Positions 47,001 through 61,300 of a DNA stretch of 64,000 bases are shown in pieces (positions within the stretch are counted from its first letter, which is position 1; each line of letters starts with the position of its first letter). Position numbers and translations under genes: made by a program. The notes under the pieces are model-generated. The model did not search any database. It was not told where the DNA came from and saw nothing but the letters and a program-made list of their open reading frames with translations. The stretch comes from Azolla caroliniana (Eukaryota > Plantae > Polypodiophyta), in assembly GCA_043228905.1 (NCBI GenBank), contig JBHGNT010000001.1:34472001-34536000 (forward strand), in the 5' to 3' direction.

Positions 47001-48543
47001 TTTCTTTCTCTCTCTCTCTCTCTGTACACTGTTGCACTCTAATCTTGCGCCAACAAGAATGACAACAACAACAACAACAACGACAACAACCTTATTCTCA
47101 GTTTGCCCTAAGTCATATTTATACTAAAATGACTTTTCGGCTATTTACAAATATAGCCCCGATGGACTCTCAGTTACATATTTACGAATATGTCCCTTCA
47201 TCCGGTGAGCACTCCTCACCGGGCTTGCATCATCCGGCGCTTGCTAGGCACTCCTCATCCGGTTCTCACCGGGTCTTCCGTTTCCGGGTACTCCTCATTC
47301 GGTTCTCACCTTCCGTTGTCGAGTACTCCTCATCCGGTTCTCACCGGGTCTTTCGTTGCCAGGTACTCCTCATCGGAGCTCACCGAGTCTTCCGTTTCCG
47401 GGTACTCCTTATCTGGAGGGACCTGTTTCCTAACACGAACCACGACCACCCGAACGGCGAGCACACGGGCTCGCAACGACAAATGGGGCGAAGCAACGTT
47501 GAACCAACGAAACTCGGGCTCACAAGCACCGTAAACGAGCTCTTCAAGTGTCAATGCAAAGAAGACGAGCACATGGCGATGAGGGGATGAAGGGGTATGA
47601 GATGGAGAGAAGTGGTGAAGATGAAGATGAAGAGCTCCGAAGGAAAAATGGCGATAGTCTCCTCCTCCCCAAAATGTCCTCCCAAATGAGCCCCCCTCGA
47701 CCTCCTTTTATAGGAAAACAAAAGGAAGGGGGTCGCCAATTTTGTCTTCAATGCAAAAGGAATAATATTCCTTAAACCATGCTACATTGTAAGACCGGAT
47801 TTGAACCGGAGTTTTCCATTAACTCTCCCTTATATAATATATAATTCTATATCTACTACTTCATAGCCTTCCTCCTCTCTACTTTTTATCTCACCTCTCT
47901 CTTACTTTTTACACGAGCTTTTATACCTCCTTTCCACCCTTTCTTTTCCCTTTTCTTTTGCATGTGCACAATTAATTGCCTTTGTGTGCACACACATTGC
48001 ACATGCACATTTTGACCCCTCCTTTCGCCGGCTTTTCCCACACTCGAGCACGCCACATCACGACACCGCACTCCTTGCAAAGTCGTAAGCCAAACCCTCA
48101 AACAAAAGGTGGTAGACATAGGGCACATACAAAACACTAAAAGTTTGCACTTTAGGCATATGAGCATGTTATAATTCAACCGACAACAAGTTCATCAATT
48201 CCTAGTATGCAACTGTAATAAGACCCTACCCAATTTCTAAGTCATGGAATGATGTCACACTTTCTTTCATACATGATTTGTCCTAATGGTCATGGAAGAT
48301 TCCTTGGTAGAGTTGGAATTTGGGAACACCAAAATAGTACTCAAAATCATATTGGACCACCTATGAGACTAAATTGCTCAAAATGCCCCATAAACTATGC
48401 AGTACAATGTTTGTGTGAAAGTGTGTCAATTTGGGTGGAACCATAAAGGTTAAGGACCACAAGGTGGGTATGATGATTTACGATGTCTCTAAAGAAGAAG
48501 AAATGGAACAAAATATATAGAGATCAAGATATTTGAAGTAACT

Positions 48544-51500
48544 TGTTGAGAATCAAGCTCAACGTAGTCTAGTGTGTGAACATACCCTTAAGAGTGTGCA
48601 CTCAAAGGTCAAAAGTCACCACTCTTATCTACACATTAACTATGTGTCATAGAATCATATTCTATGACACATAACTAATGAGTTTTCACATTTCCCATGA
48701 CCCATGAGCTTCGGTAGTTAATGAAGAGAGAGAGTGACTATATAAAGCACTCTCCTCCTACTTTGTAATAAAGTCGATTAATCTCATTTGTAATATACAT
48801 CTTCTTGAGTATTATATTATTGTTTAAATCTACCTTGTGTTTCTCTCCTCTCTCTCACTCACTCTCTCTCTCATACACACACACTCACAACACATATCTC
48901 TAGTCTATTCCGCTGCACAAGAATCACCATCGATTCTTTACATGGTATCAGAGCGGTTTGGTAGCTTGATCTCGCCCATTCGCATGTGTTGAGCTCTACG
49001 CCGACGTTCAAGAAGAACAGGCTCATCGCTATCGTAGTGCGACTTCATAGCTCGTATTCAAGAGAGAAGAAGAAGGAAGAAATCTACATCTAACACCATG
49101 AATACTCAAATGGGGAGCGCTCTCCCTAGCGAGAAGTTGGACCAAAACAACTTCGCATCTTGGGAGTATAAGATGCATCAATACCTTGTCGGTCAAGGCT
49201 ATTGGAGCTACATCAAAGGAGCGCAAGAAAACCAGCCCGACCCGGCAGATGCCGACTATGCAACATGGGAGCAAGCGGCGAGTCAAGTAATGTATTGCTT
49301 GGCGACATGCGTTCACAATCACATGCTCAGTTACATTCGAGAAGCCGAGACGCCGAAGGAAGCATGGGAAAATCTACAAAAGATTTCTGCCGCCAACACG
49401 ACTGCGAGGAAGCTTCAAGTCCACCAATAGTTGAACAACATCCAACAAAGGGATATGTCCATCACAAGCTACACCTTGAAGATCAAGGAGCTTTGTGATG
49501 CACTCGGCTAAATAAGCGTCAATGTGGAGGATGACGAAATGGTGCAAATATGCCTCGGCGGCCTTGCACCATAGTTCGCCGCGATGAGAACCAGCATCCT
49601 AGGAAGGGAGAATCCTCCCTCTTTCTTCGATCTTCAATTGTTGTTGGTTGAAGAAAACCATGTTCGAATGGAGCAACACCTCGGAAGGCCACATGCTCTA
49701 CACACATTCAAATGGAGGAAGAGGACACGGCTGAGCAAGAGGCCGATTCGGCCAAGGACGAGGCGGACAAGGTCCGACATACGGCAACAACTCCCAATTT
49801 CGGCAACAAAATGGAAGCCATCGAGGAACTTTCGGAAGAAGGGGGGGCTTCCATTCCGGTCTGAACCAACAAACCTCAATCAAATGCGGTTATTGTGGAA
49901 AAACCGGCCACCATGAAGAAGAGTGCCAAAAGAAGAAGCGTGAGTCAGCTTCCACAAGCCGACAACTCACCAATTACGCCACCAACTCCGACTATGAAGA
50001 TCATGGTGGAATGTTTGTGATGAGACATAGAGCAAATTCTATGTTGGCCTCTACTTCGCCTAATGCCTCCAATCGAGAAGATGTATGGTTTGTCAACTCC
50101 GGTGCTTCAAACCATATGACGTCCCATCAAGAATGGTTCAAAGACATTCGAGAGCTGGATCAACCTGGTTATGTCGAGACTGGAGACGACACCACTCATC
50201 TGATTCAGCATGTCGGCAATGTCCCATTCGGGAAAGAAGGTGAACAAACTTGCATAAAAAATGTCTTACATGTACCCACCATAACGAAGAATTTGGTCTT
50301 GCTCGGCCAAATTGTGGAGCAAGGGATGCAAGTTCGATTCAACCAAGGAGGTTGCTTCATCGAGAAGGAAGGCCGACTAATTGCTCATGGTCGAAGGGAA
50401 GGCCGAATGTTTATCCTCGAAGCGAATGAGGTAAAATTGGCCATGTTTGCAAAGGGCCTCAAACCCGACACCGACATAGAGCTATGGCATAAAAGAATCG
50501 GCCATATCAATCTCAACAAACTCAAGGCGATGCAATCGAAAGGAGTCGTCATCGGGCTCCCGACCTTCAAAGAGAAAGAGATTGAAGGAGTATGTGAAGC
50601 ATGCCAATTCGGCAAGCAACGTCGGCACTCGTTCTCGAAGGAGAGGAATGTGAGCAAAGGCCTATTGGACGTAGTCCACTTGGATGTGTGGGGACCGGCA
50701 CAAACGGCTATGTTCAGAGGATGTCGGTACTATGTTACCTTCATTGATGACTTCTCTATATACACATGGATCTTCCCCATGAGGATGAAGCGTGAAGTGT
50801 TTACACACTTCCAAAAATTCAAAAGCGAAGTCAAAAAGACAATTGGGCGTCATGTATGATGTATTCGGTCAGAGAGAGGAAAGGAATACTTCTCCAATGC
50901 GTTCACGGTATACCTTCGACAAGAAGGAAGTCGGCGAGAATTCACTTGCCGACACACATTGCAACAAAACGGTGTAGCCGAACGCAAGAATCAGCACATC
51001 CTCGAAGTAGCAAGGGCCATGCTAAATGAGAAGCATATGCCCAAGTCATATTGGGCAGAAGCTGCAAATACCGTCGTCTACCTCATGAACCAGTGCACAA
51101 CATCCGGAGTGCACGAGGTCACCCCGCACGAGAAATACTATGGGAAGAAGCCAGATCTATCCCATGTAAGGATATTCAGCTCCATTGCATACGTACACAT
51201 TCCCGATGAGAAGCAGCAAAAGCTTGACCCAAAATCAGAGAAGTGCATCCTCATGGGGTACTCACTGGAGCAAAAGGGGTACAAGTGTTTCAACCCCTCT
51301 ACTCGGAAGACTCGTGTAAGTCGGGATGTCGTCTTTGACGAATCGACATCATAGTACAAACCCGAGCCGACTCCTCCCGAACCATCTATGACCGACCGCG
51401 ACAACACAAAAGACGATGATCAACTAAGGTCAATACTTGAAGAGAGTCCGATCTCAACCAAATTGAGTGGACCACAAGAGCCTCCGAGCAACCAAAGCAC

Positions 51501-53637
51501 ATCTCGGCCAAGTCCAAAGATGGTCAAAGGGAAGGCCAAAATGTCGGAATATGAAGACGATCACTTCGACAGAAACGAATCGACTCATCCACTCGATAGT
51601 GAGTTTGATGGCTTTGATGTGTCTCTTACGAGAGTTGAGAAAGCACTCACATTGGCAAATGAGAAACTCCGTCACTCCACCCGAGAGAAGAATCCGGTTA
51701 GTTGATTCAGCTGCAACGACTATATGGCATACCACTATGCCTTTATGATGAAGGTGGCAATAGTTTGAGAACCGGAGAGCTTTGCCGAAGCCGCTAAAGA
51801 TCCGCGATGGGTCAAAACGATGAACAAGGAGATGCAAGCTCTCAGCAAGAATGAGACATGGGATCTCGTCCCTCACTCACCACACAAGAAGGCAATCGAT
51901 TGCAGATGGATATACAAAGAGAAGTATAATGTCGACGATTCCGTCAACCGCTACAAAGCTCGACTCATAGCAAAGGGCTACGCACAAACACAAGACGCCA
52001 ACTATGAAGAGACCTTTGCCCCGGTGGAAAAGATGACAACTGTGCGAACCGTCATAGCGCTTGCATCAGTGAATGGGTGGCACCTCCAGATGGATGTCAA
52101 GAACGCTTTAGAAGAGGAGGTGTACATGATACAACCACCCAGCTTCGAATCCAACATTCATCTGAAAGCCATATACCGACTCAAGAAGCTCCTCTACGGC
52201 CTTAAGCAAGCACCACGTGCTTGGCACTCAAAGATAACACGATATCTTCATCAAATCGGTTTCCGAATGTCAAAATCTAACAATTCTCTCTATGTAAGAA
52301 GCGATTCCGATCGTCATCATCCTATACGTGGATGATCTGGTCATTAGAGGAGAGCATCTAGTCGACATCAACAAGGTCAAATCTCTCCTTTCCAACAAAT
52401 TTGAGATGACGGACATGAAAGAGCTCCACTACTTCCTTGGCATCGAGGTAATTTGGACTCCAATCGGGATTATGATCTCCCAACGGAACTACATTCTCAA
52501 CTTGTTATACAAGTTCGGGATGACTGAGTGCAAGTCTGTGGCAACACCTCTCGACCAAAACCTCAAATTAGTTGCCAATTCTGGCACCACAGAGTGTGAG
52601 CCAACTCAGTATCGACAACTGATCGGTGGTCTTATCTACCTCACGATCACTCGACCAGACCTGATCTATCCGGTCGGCCTTCTTAGCCAGTTCATGCAAA
52701 CGCCACGAGATATCCATTTGGATTGTGCTAAGAGAGTGCTACGATACGTGAGCGGAACGATGGACTATGGCATTCTCTATAAGTCGGCCACGCCAATTCA
52801 ACTTGAGGGGTACACAGATGCCGACTGGGTAGGCTACAAAGCCAACCGACGATCAACCTCTAATTTCGTCTTCTCCCTCGAAAGTGGAGCCATCTCCTAG
52901 AGTAGCAAGAAGCAAAAAACCGTCGCTCTTTCGAGCACAGAAGCCAAATATAGGGGCGCGGCGGTGGCTGCATGTGAAGCCGTATGGCTCAAGAGGATAT
53001 TAAAGGATCTGGGCATTCCCATCAAAGATCTGATTCTCCTTTACTACGACAACATGAGCAGTATTTATCTGGCTCAGAACCCGGTGTTCCACGCACGCAC
53101 GAAGCATATCAAAGTGCATTATCACTTCATCGAGAGCATGTTCAGGCTGGCGATGTCGACCTTCAACATATCACTACGAATCATCAGACAGCCGACATCT
53201 TCACCAAATCCCTAGGAGCCGACAAGCTTCGGCAATTCCTGTCAGACCTTGGATTGACAGTCCTTGACTTGCCAAGCTTGAGGGGGAGTACAAGTGAAAA
53301 CCGGATACCGTCCGAATCGGATACGAGCCGAAGCGGACATAAACCGAAGTAGCCAACCAAAGTTGAGCTTGAGGGGGCGTGTTGAGAATCAAGCTCAACC
53401 TAGTCTAGTGTGTGCACTCAAAGGTCAAAAGTCACCACTCTTATCTACACATTAACTAGTATGTGTCATAGAATCATATTCTATGACACATTCCCCATGA
53501 CCCATGAGCTTCGGTAGTTAATGAAGAGAGAGAGTGACTATATAAAGCACTCTCCTCCTACTTTGTAATAAAGTCGATTAATCTCCTTTGTAATATACAT
53601 CATCTTGAGTATTCTATTGTTGTTTAAATCTATCTCG

Positions 53638-53682
<45 letters not shown>

Positions 53683-53749
53683 CACACACACTCACAACAC
53701 ATATCTCTAGTCTATTCCGTTGCACAAGAATCACCATCGATTCTTTACA
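48544..53749 (+). mobile_element. Ty1/copia element E (Ale-like), full length, decayed
   Basis: LTRs 48544-48942 and 53380-53749 (indels between them); TSD TAACT; iMet PBS 48943; gag from 49098; many stops. Confidence 0.94.
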
Positions 53750-55354
53750 TAACTAATGGAGGACATATTTCTCTCGATCAAATAGAAGACAACAAGGGGT
53801 AAATCTATCACGTTTGGATAGAATATACATTGAAGGTTTTTTTTGTTGGAAAGGGTGGGGAGATTGGTATTGTATCAAGCTCTTTATTCTCAGATCATGC
53901 ACCCATGATTATGGTTGTTGTAAAACAGCCATATCATAACAATAGTTGTGGTCGTATTCCAAAATGGATTTATTTAGATACATCTCTTAGACATGATATT
54001 TTACAAATGTGGAAAGTGCAAAATACATCTTCTGAAAATGTCGTGCAAATGGTGAACTCTGCTATTCAGAGTACATCAAAATTTCTTAAATTGCAAGTAT
54101 TCAAGACTATGGAGAAATGTAAGTTACAAATGGCTACTAATCGAAGGGTTTTGAAGTCTCTTCAGCATTTTCAAGAAAAATGTCCACATGCATCTTGGGT
54201 TGAAATGGAATTGGGTCACTTAAGAAATGAGCTAACAAATTTAGAAGATAAGATATCTCAAACAAAGTTTCATGTTGCTGCTACGAAATGGGCTAGATTA
54301 GGTCATTCAAGTAGTTGTATTAGACAACTTCAAAGGGAAGATAGGTCTATTACGAAAGAGATTAATGAAATGAGAGACATTGCTACATCCTTTTATAAAA
54401 ATCTACTAAATACCCAACAATTTTCAATTCAAAAACTCCAAAAAAGGAAAATAGTTTTGGATTGTCTAGAACATAAGGTCTCAAATGAGATGGCCAAAGC
54501 ATTGGTTAAGGCAATCTCTTTTGTAGAGGTAAGAGTTGCATTAGTAGATGTTGGGAAGAATGTATGCCCAGGAAATGATGGATTGTCACCAGAATTTTTT
54601 TAGAATATTGGGATGATATAGCCAATGTTTTCAAATCCTCTTTACAATAAGTTTTTAAATTGGGAAGGATGCCTGCTGAATGGAATGAAGAAATGGTTTA
54701 TTTGATTCCAAAATTAGAAGGTGTGGTGGATGATATTAAGAAATGGAGGCCTATAACTCTTTTAAATACTATATATAAAGTTTATGCTAAATTATTAGCG
54801 ACGCGTCTGCAACCTTTTCTTCCACATATTGTGCATAAAACTTAGACATGCTTTATACAAGAAAGGAGTATATTTGATAATATTTTCATGTTTTGGGAGA
54901 TGATAGCAACAACGCAAGAAACAAAACAAGAATTGACAATATTGCTTTTGGATTTTGAGAAAGCATATGACAAAGTCGATTGGAATTTCTTATATGAAAT
55001 TATGGGTCGTTTAGGTCTTCCAAGTGACTATGTTCAAGCTGTTTTTGCATTATATAATTCAGCAGGTAGTCGTGTTCTTGTTGAAGGAGCACTAGGTAAT
55101 ACTTTTCCAATTACTAGATCAGTGAGACAAGGATGTCCTTTGGATGCATATTTAGTGGGAGAAGCCTTTAGTGCATTCTTGCATAAGAATAGGTTACCTA
55201 TTAAAGGAATAGAGTGGCCAGGTGTGGACGAGGTTGTGTTAGACTGTGAATTTGCAAATGACACAGCATCATATGTTGTAGGAGATGATAGAAATCTCTG
55301 TAATGTGCAAAGTGTTATGTGATGCTTCAGGTGCAATTATCAATTGGCATAAAT

Positions 55355-58300
55355 TGTTGAGAGACAAGCTCAACATTCGGTGCGTAATCGGGTGCGTAAC
55401 CCAGTGCATAAACTGGGTGCGTAGAACCATGTGCACAATAGGCCATAGTGATGCGTAAACCATGAGGCCGTTAGAAAGATATTCCTCGAAAGGAACAATT
55501 TTGGGAGTGAGTGTAGCGGCTCATTTATGAGCGTCAAGTACTGTTAGTACTTGTGTCAGCCCATTTGTCAGGGCTTGTATAAAAGGTGCTCACTGAGCAC
55601 GGTGTATGTACACAGGGGGTCATTATTTTGAACCTAGTTTTCTATTGTCTGCTCTCTCTGTCTCGCTCCCTCTCCATCTCCATCTTTGCGTTTTCTGTGT
55701 TTTACCGAATTGTCTTATTCCTCCGGACTGTCTACTTTGTGTTTACACACACGCTTCCACACAATGTATTCTTTTACATGGTATCAGAGCGCGAGGGTTG
55801 AAGTCCTCGGCAGCCGACAAGAAAAGTTTGTGACAAACTAGAGTTGAATTTGTTCGCTTTCAGAGAAGAAAAAGACAATACTATGGACAGAGGAATTGGA
55901 AGCTCACTTTCGACTTAAAAGCTTGACAGAAGCAACTACGCATCTTGGTCTTATAAGATGCAACAGTACTTGCTCGGCCATGGCTACTGGAGTTATGTCG
56001 AAGGAGCAAACAATGTGGCACCCGACTCGACACACAGGGACTATCCGGCTTGGGAACAAGCGGCAAGCAAAGTGATGTACTGCTTCGCGTCCTGTGTGAG
56101 CGATCAGCTTTTGAGTTATATTCAGGATGCCAAGACGTCAAAGGACGCGTGGGCGAATCTCAAAAGGATTTTCGCTGCCAGCACAACGGCCAGAAAGCTG
56201 CAGCTCAGACAGGAGCTCAACAATGTACGACAAAGAGATATATCGGTAGTTGATTACACCACCAAGATCAAAGAAATCTGCGACTCTCTCGCCTCCGTCA
56301 ACATGAACGTCGAGGAAGATGAAATGGTGCAGGTTTGTCTGGGTGGCTTAGCGTCAAAGTTCGAACCTTTCTGAACGGCAGTCTGCACGAGGGAGATTAC
56401 GGCTTCGTTTTTCGAGCTTCAGTCAATGTTGCTCATAGAAGAAAACCACGCGGGTGCGTCGACGAGTGAGCACGCCGATGGCAAGATGCTTTACACGGAG
56501 GATGATAGGCCCCGTGGTCGTGGTAGACGGGGCGGATCGGCGCGCAATGGAGGCGGCCGACAAGAGCAGAACAAGCGGCATAATCGAAATGCCGACAGTA
56601 GTTCCGGACCCTCCACAAGCAGGGGGAGTCATGGTGGCGCCGGAAGCTGACAAGAGAAGGTTGCGCTGAATTGCTGGTACTGTGGCAAGAAAGGCCACAA
56701 GGAGAGCGAGCTGATTCGGACAAAGCCGGATCGGGCCGAAGAGACGCAGAGAGGCATCAGAGATCGCAATATGCAGAAGGCTCTAAACGAGTTGGAAACA
56801 AATCGGGCCCAGCCTTTGTAATGAAGCATAAGTCCAACTCTATGGCCGTAAACACCTCAAAATTGAGCAAGGTGTAATATCTGGATTCTAGAGCGTCAAA
56901 TCATATGACGAGCCACGAGGAGTGGTTCTCATACTTGGAGATGCCGGAATCACGAGGGGTTGTCGAAACGGGAGATGACACTCCGCATACAATCAAACAT
57001 GTCGGAGAAGTTCCCCTCAGTCACGTCGGGCAGAAAGGGAAGCTAATGAACGTGTTGCAGGTCCCGACAATAACGAAGAACTTGGTGTCGGTCGGTCAGA
57101 TCGTCGACCAAGGTATGCAAGTTCGATTCACACCTTGGCTGCTTCATAGAAGAGGAAGGCAAAGTAATCGCGCAAGGGCGTCGTGAAGGGAGGATGTTTA
57201 TCCTCGACACTAATCAAGTCGGAACCGCGTTGTACGCGAAAGGACAAAGGGCCGATTCGGATATCAACTTGTGGCACAAGCGGTTCGGCCACGTAAATTT
57301 CCCACGGCTTCGTGAAATGCAAACGGAGAACATTGTTTTCGGGTTGCCAAAATTTCGTGGTCGGCATGGCCAAGTCGGCGAAGCCTGTCAGATGGGAAAA
57401 CAAGACCGACTTCCATTCCCCAATGAGCGTAATCGTAGTCGAAGTCCGCTGGATTTGATCCATTCAAATGTGTGGGGTCCGGCACAGAACGTGAGTCTCA
57501 GTGGAAGCCGTTACTTTGTAACCTTCATCGATGATTTCACTCGGCACACATGGGCATGCACGATCGCAAAGAAGAGCGAAGTTTTCGCATGTTTCCTAGA
57601 GGTGAAGAGCCTCGCGGAAAGGGAAACAAGGCGTAAAATCAAATGCCTACGGTCCGATGGCGGGAAGGAATACTTCTCCAACCAATTCACATGTTATCTA
57701 CGGAAGGAGGGAAATCGACGTGAATTCTCATGTAGATATACGCCGGAGCAGAACGGCGTAGCCGAGCGGAAGAATCGGACGATTGAAGAAGCGGCCCGGG
57801 CAATGCTTGAAGAGAAGCATATGCCAAAATTCTATTGGGCCGAAGCCGTGAAGACGGCTGTCTACCTGCAGAATCGGACTTCTGCTAATGGAGGAGCGTC
57901 GCCACATGAGCTGTATTTCGGGAAGAAGCCAAATTTGGCACACTTGAGGATTTTCAGTAGCATTGCTTATGTGCATGTGCCGAAGGAAAAGAGGAGGAAG
58001 CTGGATGAAAAAGCCGAGAAATGTATCTTGGTCGGCTATTCAGATGAGCAGAAAGGGTATAAGTGTTATAACCCTCGAACAAAGTACGCGTAAGCCGCGA
58101 CGTCGTGTTCGACGAGTCCACTTAGTGGTACTTGCCTTCACCTCCAATACCTCAAGACTCCATTCCGATTTTTGAAGAAGAAATCAGCGAGGCTGAAATG
58201 CCTCCGTATGATGAGGACGTCGGAGCTCTGAGAGAGAGTCAGATCTCATTTCGGCTAAGCGGGTTGAATGAGGGGTTGGGCCGAGATGGCCAACCAGATG

Positions 58301-61300
58301 ATGAGACGGCGAGTAGTGGAGACTCAGCCATGCATTCCCCGCGCAGGAAGCCGAGGAGTTGGCTTACGCGCAAGGAAAAAGGCAAGAAGAAAATGCCAGA
58401 ATACGACTTCGGCAATGCCGAGTCAGATCGGAATGAGTCTGATTACGGGAAAACTGAAAAGGAACCTCCACGAAAGAGGTCGACGGTAGCCGAAAAGGTC
58501 GTGAAATCGGGTAATCACAAATTACACCGATCTACCCGCCTCAAGAACCCCGTAAGGAGATACGGGTATAATGAGTACATGGCGCACCATTATGCGTACA
58601 TGACGCGAGTGGCGAAAGTGTGTGAGCCAGAGAGCTACGCAGAAGCGGCGAAGGACGCAAATTGGCGTGCCGCAATGGATGAAGAAACGTGCGCATTATC
58701 AGAGAATGAAAACTGGGACCTAGTTGACGCACCGAAGGATGTAAAGCCGATCGGATGTAGATGGGTGTATAAAGTGAAATACAACATTGATGGCTCTGTC
58801 AACCGCTACAAGGCCCGTTTAGTAGCTAAAGGCTACGCGCAGAAGCACGACGTGGACTATGATGAGACCTTCGCGCATGTCGCAAAAATGACTACCGTCC
58901 GTGTTTTGCTCACGGTAGTTGCAGCAAAGGGGTGGCACTTACATCAGATGGATGTAAAGAACGCGTTCTTGCAAGGTGATCTTGAGGAGCAGGTGTACAT
59001 GGTACAGCCCCCCGGTTTTCTATCCAAACAAAACACCTCAGCAATTTTCCAATTGAAGAAGTCCTTATACGGACTAAAGCAAGCCCCACGAGCTTGGAAC
59101 GCAAAGATTACGCAACAGTTGCGTAGGATGGGGTTTGCGTCGTCGAAGTCGGACTCTTCTCTATTTGTTCGGCAAGGTCAATATGGACCGGTCAACTTGC
59201 TCTTGTACATTGATGATTTAGTCATCGTCGGTGCCGACCTTGACGAAATCCGCCGCGTGAAGTCTCAACTTGCGGCATCGTTTGAAATGAAGGATCTCAA
59301 AGACCTTCATTACTTCCTTGGGATCGAAGTGATCCATACCCCCGAAGGCATATTGATGAGCCAGCATCATTACGCGCTGAATATGCTCTTCAAGTTCGGG
59401 ATGGCAAACTGTAAGCCCATCTCGACCCCTCTAGATAGAAACGCAAAGCTTCGCTGAGATTCCGGGAAGGCGTGCGACCCGACACAGTTTCGACAGATTG
59501 TCAGAAGCCTTATCTATCTGATGATTACTCGGCCGGATCTTAGTTATCCAGTCAGCCTAATCAATCAATTCATGTCGTAGCCTACGGCCGAACACTTTCA
59601 GTGCGCGCAACGAATACTGCGTTATGTTAGCGGCACGAAAGACATGGCGTTGTTTTATCGGGCAGGCATAGCCGAACAGTTAGTCAGCTACACGGATGCC
59701 GATTGGGCCGGAAACGTTGTCGGGGTAGTTGTGGTTCGTGCAGCGAAGTCGCGGGGACTAAGGTTAAGGGGAGTTGAAGAAACTTAACTTTTAATAAGGC
59801 TTGTATGGTGATGTTAGAAAGGTTAAGAGTAGCAAGAAGAAGAGTTACGAGTAATGTGTGAGAGAGAGAGACGAGAATAGATAGAAGATAGAGACAATAT
59901 ATGATTCAAGAAACAAGATAGAGACAAAATATGATTTAAGAAGGAAGATTGAGACAAAGTATGAATCAAGAAGCAAGAATATTTGATATAAACATGATGA
60001 AAAAGACAATATTTTACCAACTTTACAATCTTTGATCGCAAACTGAACACATTCTCTACCGACCCTTGATTTGAACCCTCGACTTCAACTCTGAGAGACA
60101 AGACACTTCCCCAAATGAGCTAGCTTCTTTGCTTAATAAATTGTCTGATTTCTTACGTTCTCTTCCTTGATTCCTTACCCTATTTTCCCCTTGCCCCTCT
60201 TTATATAAGTGTTGCCATGCATATGGTAATGTATGGGAGCATGGCATGCATGCAATGCATGAGTTACATGCAATGCATGATCGCCATTTGGCGCACATGC
60301 ATTGCATGTGATGAATGATGGCTATGTATGAAAATAGATATGGGATAAGTATAATGATGAAAATGCATTTTAAAATAACTAACCTACCTTAGTGGTGTAT
60401 GCTTGGTGCTTGGTATACAAGGTTGAGGGTTCAAGTCCCTCAATTTTACTTAATACAATATATAGCTTCATTCTTATATCATGAAACACATTTATTACAC
60501 ACTTTTACAAATAAATAGCCTAGCCTAGTGGTATGTACATTGTACATCGTTTATAAGGATGTGGGTTCAAGTCTCTCAAATATTATTAAATACAACATTT
60601 AAGCTCATTTTTATATCGTGAAGCACATTCTTCACGACAACGCCCACGATCGTCGATCCACATCTGGATACGCATTCTCATTGGGAAGTGCGGCGATCGC
60701 ATGGAGCAGCAAGAAGCGGCCGACAGTAGCACTGTCGAGCACGGAGGCCGAATATCGAGGGGCGATTGTCGCTACGTGCGAAGTCATTTGGCTGAAACGA
60801 CTATTACGGGATCTGCATGTAGAGGTGTCTAATCCGACGACGATCTATTGCAACAACCTCAGAAGTATCCACCTTGCGAAAAACCCCGTGTTACACGCTC
60901 GGACCAAGCACATTGAGGTGCATTACCATTTTGTCCGCGAGCGGGTCCTTTCAGGTGAAGTCGAACTTGTGCATGTTCCGACTAGTCAGTAGGTTGCCGA
61001 CATCTTCACCAAGCCTCTTGGTCTCAACAAGTTACGGCATTTCTCAGGTGAGCTTGGGTTGCGTCACTTTGACACGCCGAACTTGAGGGGGAGAAAGGAA
61101 GACAAACAGGAACAAGAGTGTGAAAGGAGCGGAGGTAAGCATCACGGCGGAAGTGACCAAGATGCGGAGTCGGATGGAGAATTCGACTTCGAACCGACTG
61201 AAGAAGTCGAAGACGAAAGCAAGGGCCATAAGCATAAGAAGGAGCTGAGGACAGCCAAAACTGGGGGAGATAAGGCCAAGACAAAGATGTGGTTAGATAT

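Larger units (their letters stand above)
41629..47435 (-). mobile_element. Ty1/copia element D (Tork-like pol), decayed, most of RT deleted
   Basis: LTRs 46713-47435 (5') and 41629-42392 (3'); TSD CGAAC; PBS (rc) gctctgatacca 46698-46709; PPT (rc) after 42392; gag from 46682; integrase 45670-44630; RNase H ~43570-43180. Confidence 0.93.
39866..48185 (-). mobile_element. Large LTR-like host sequence in three pieces (48185-47441, 41628-41438, 39910-39866)
   Basis: Sequence is continuous across TSDs CGAAC and ACGT; minus-strand start TGTCGGTTG at 48185; TATA cctataaaaggagg ~47714-47701. Outer flanks show no TSD. Confidence 0.5.

Noticed and set aside
28522-47775. Numerous antisense or overlapping 60-200 aa ORFs
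   Set aside because: Shadow frames of GC-rich retroelement coding sequence or LTR repeats, with no independent domain evidence.
47780-47830. Another tRNA-like module (minus-strand ccggttcaaatccgg)
   Set aside because: A B-box/T-arm-like hairpin only; no A box at tRNA spacing.
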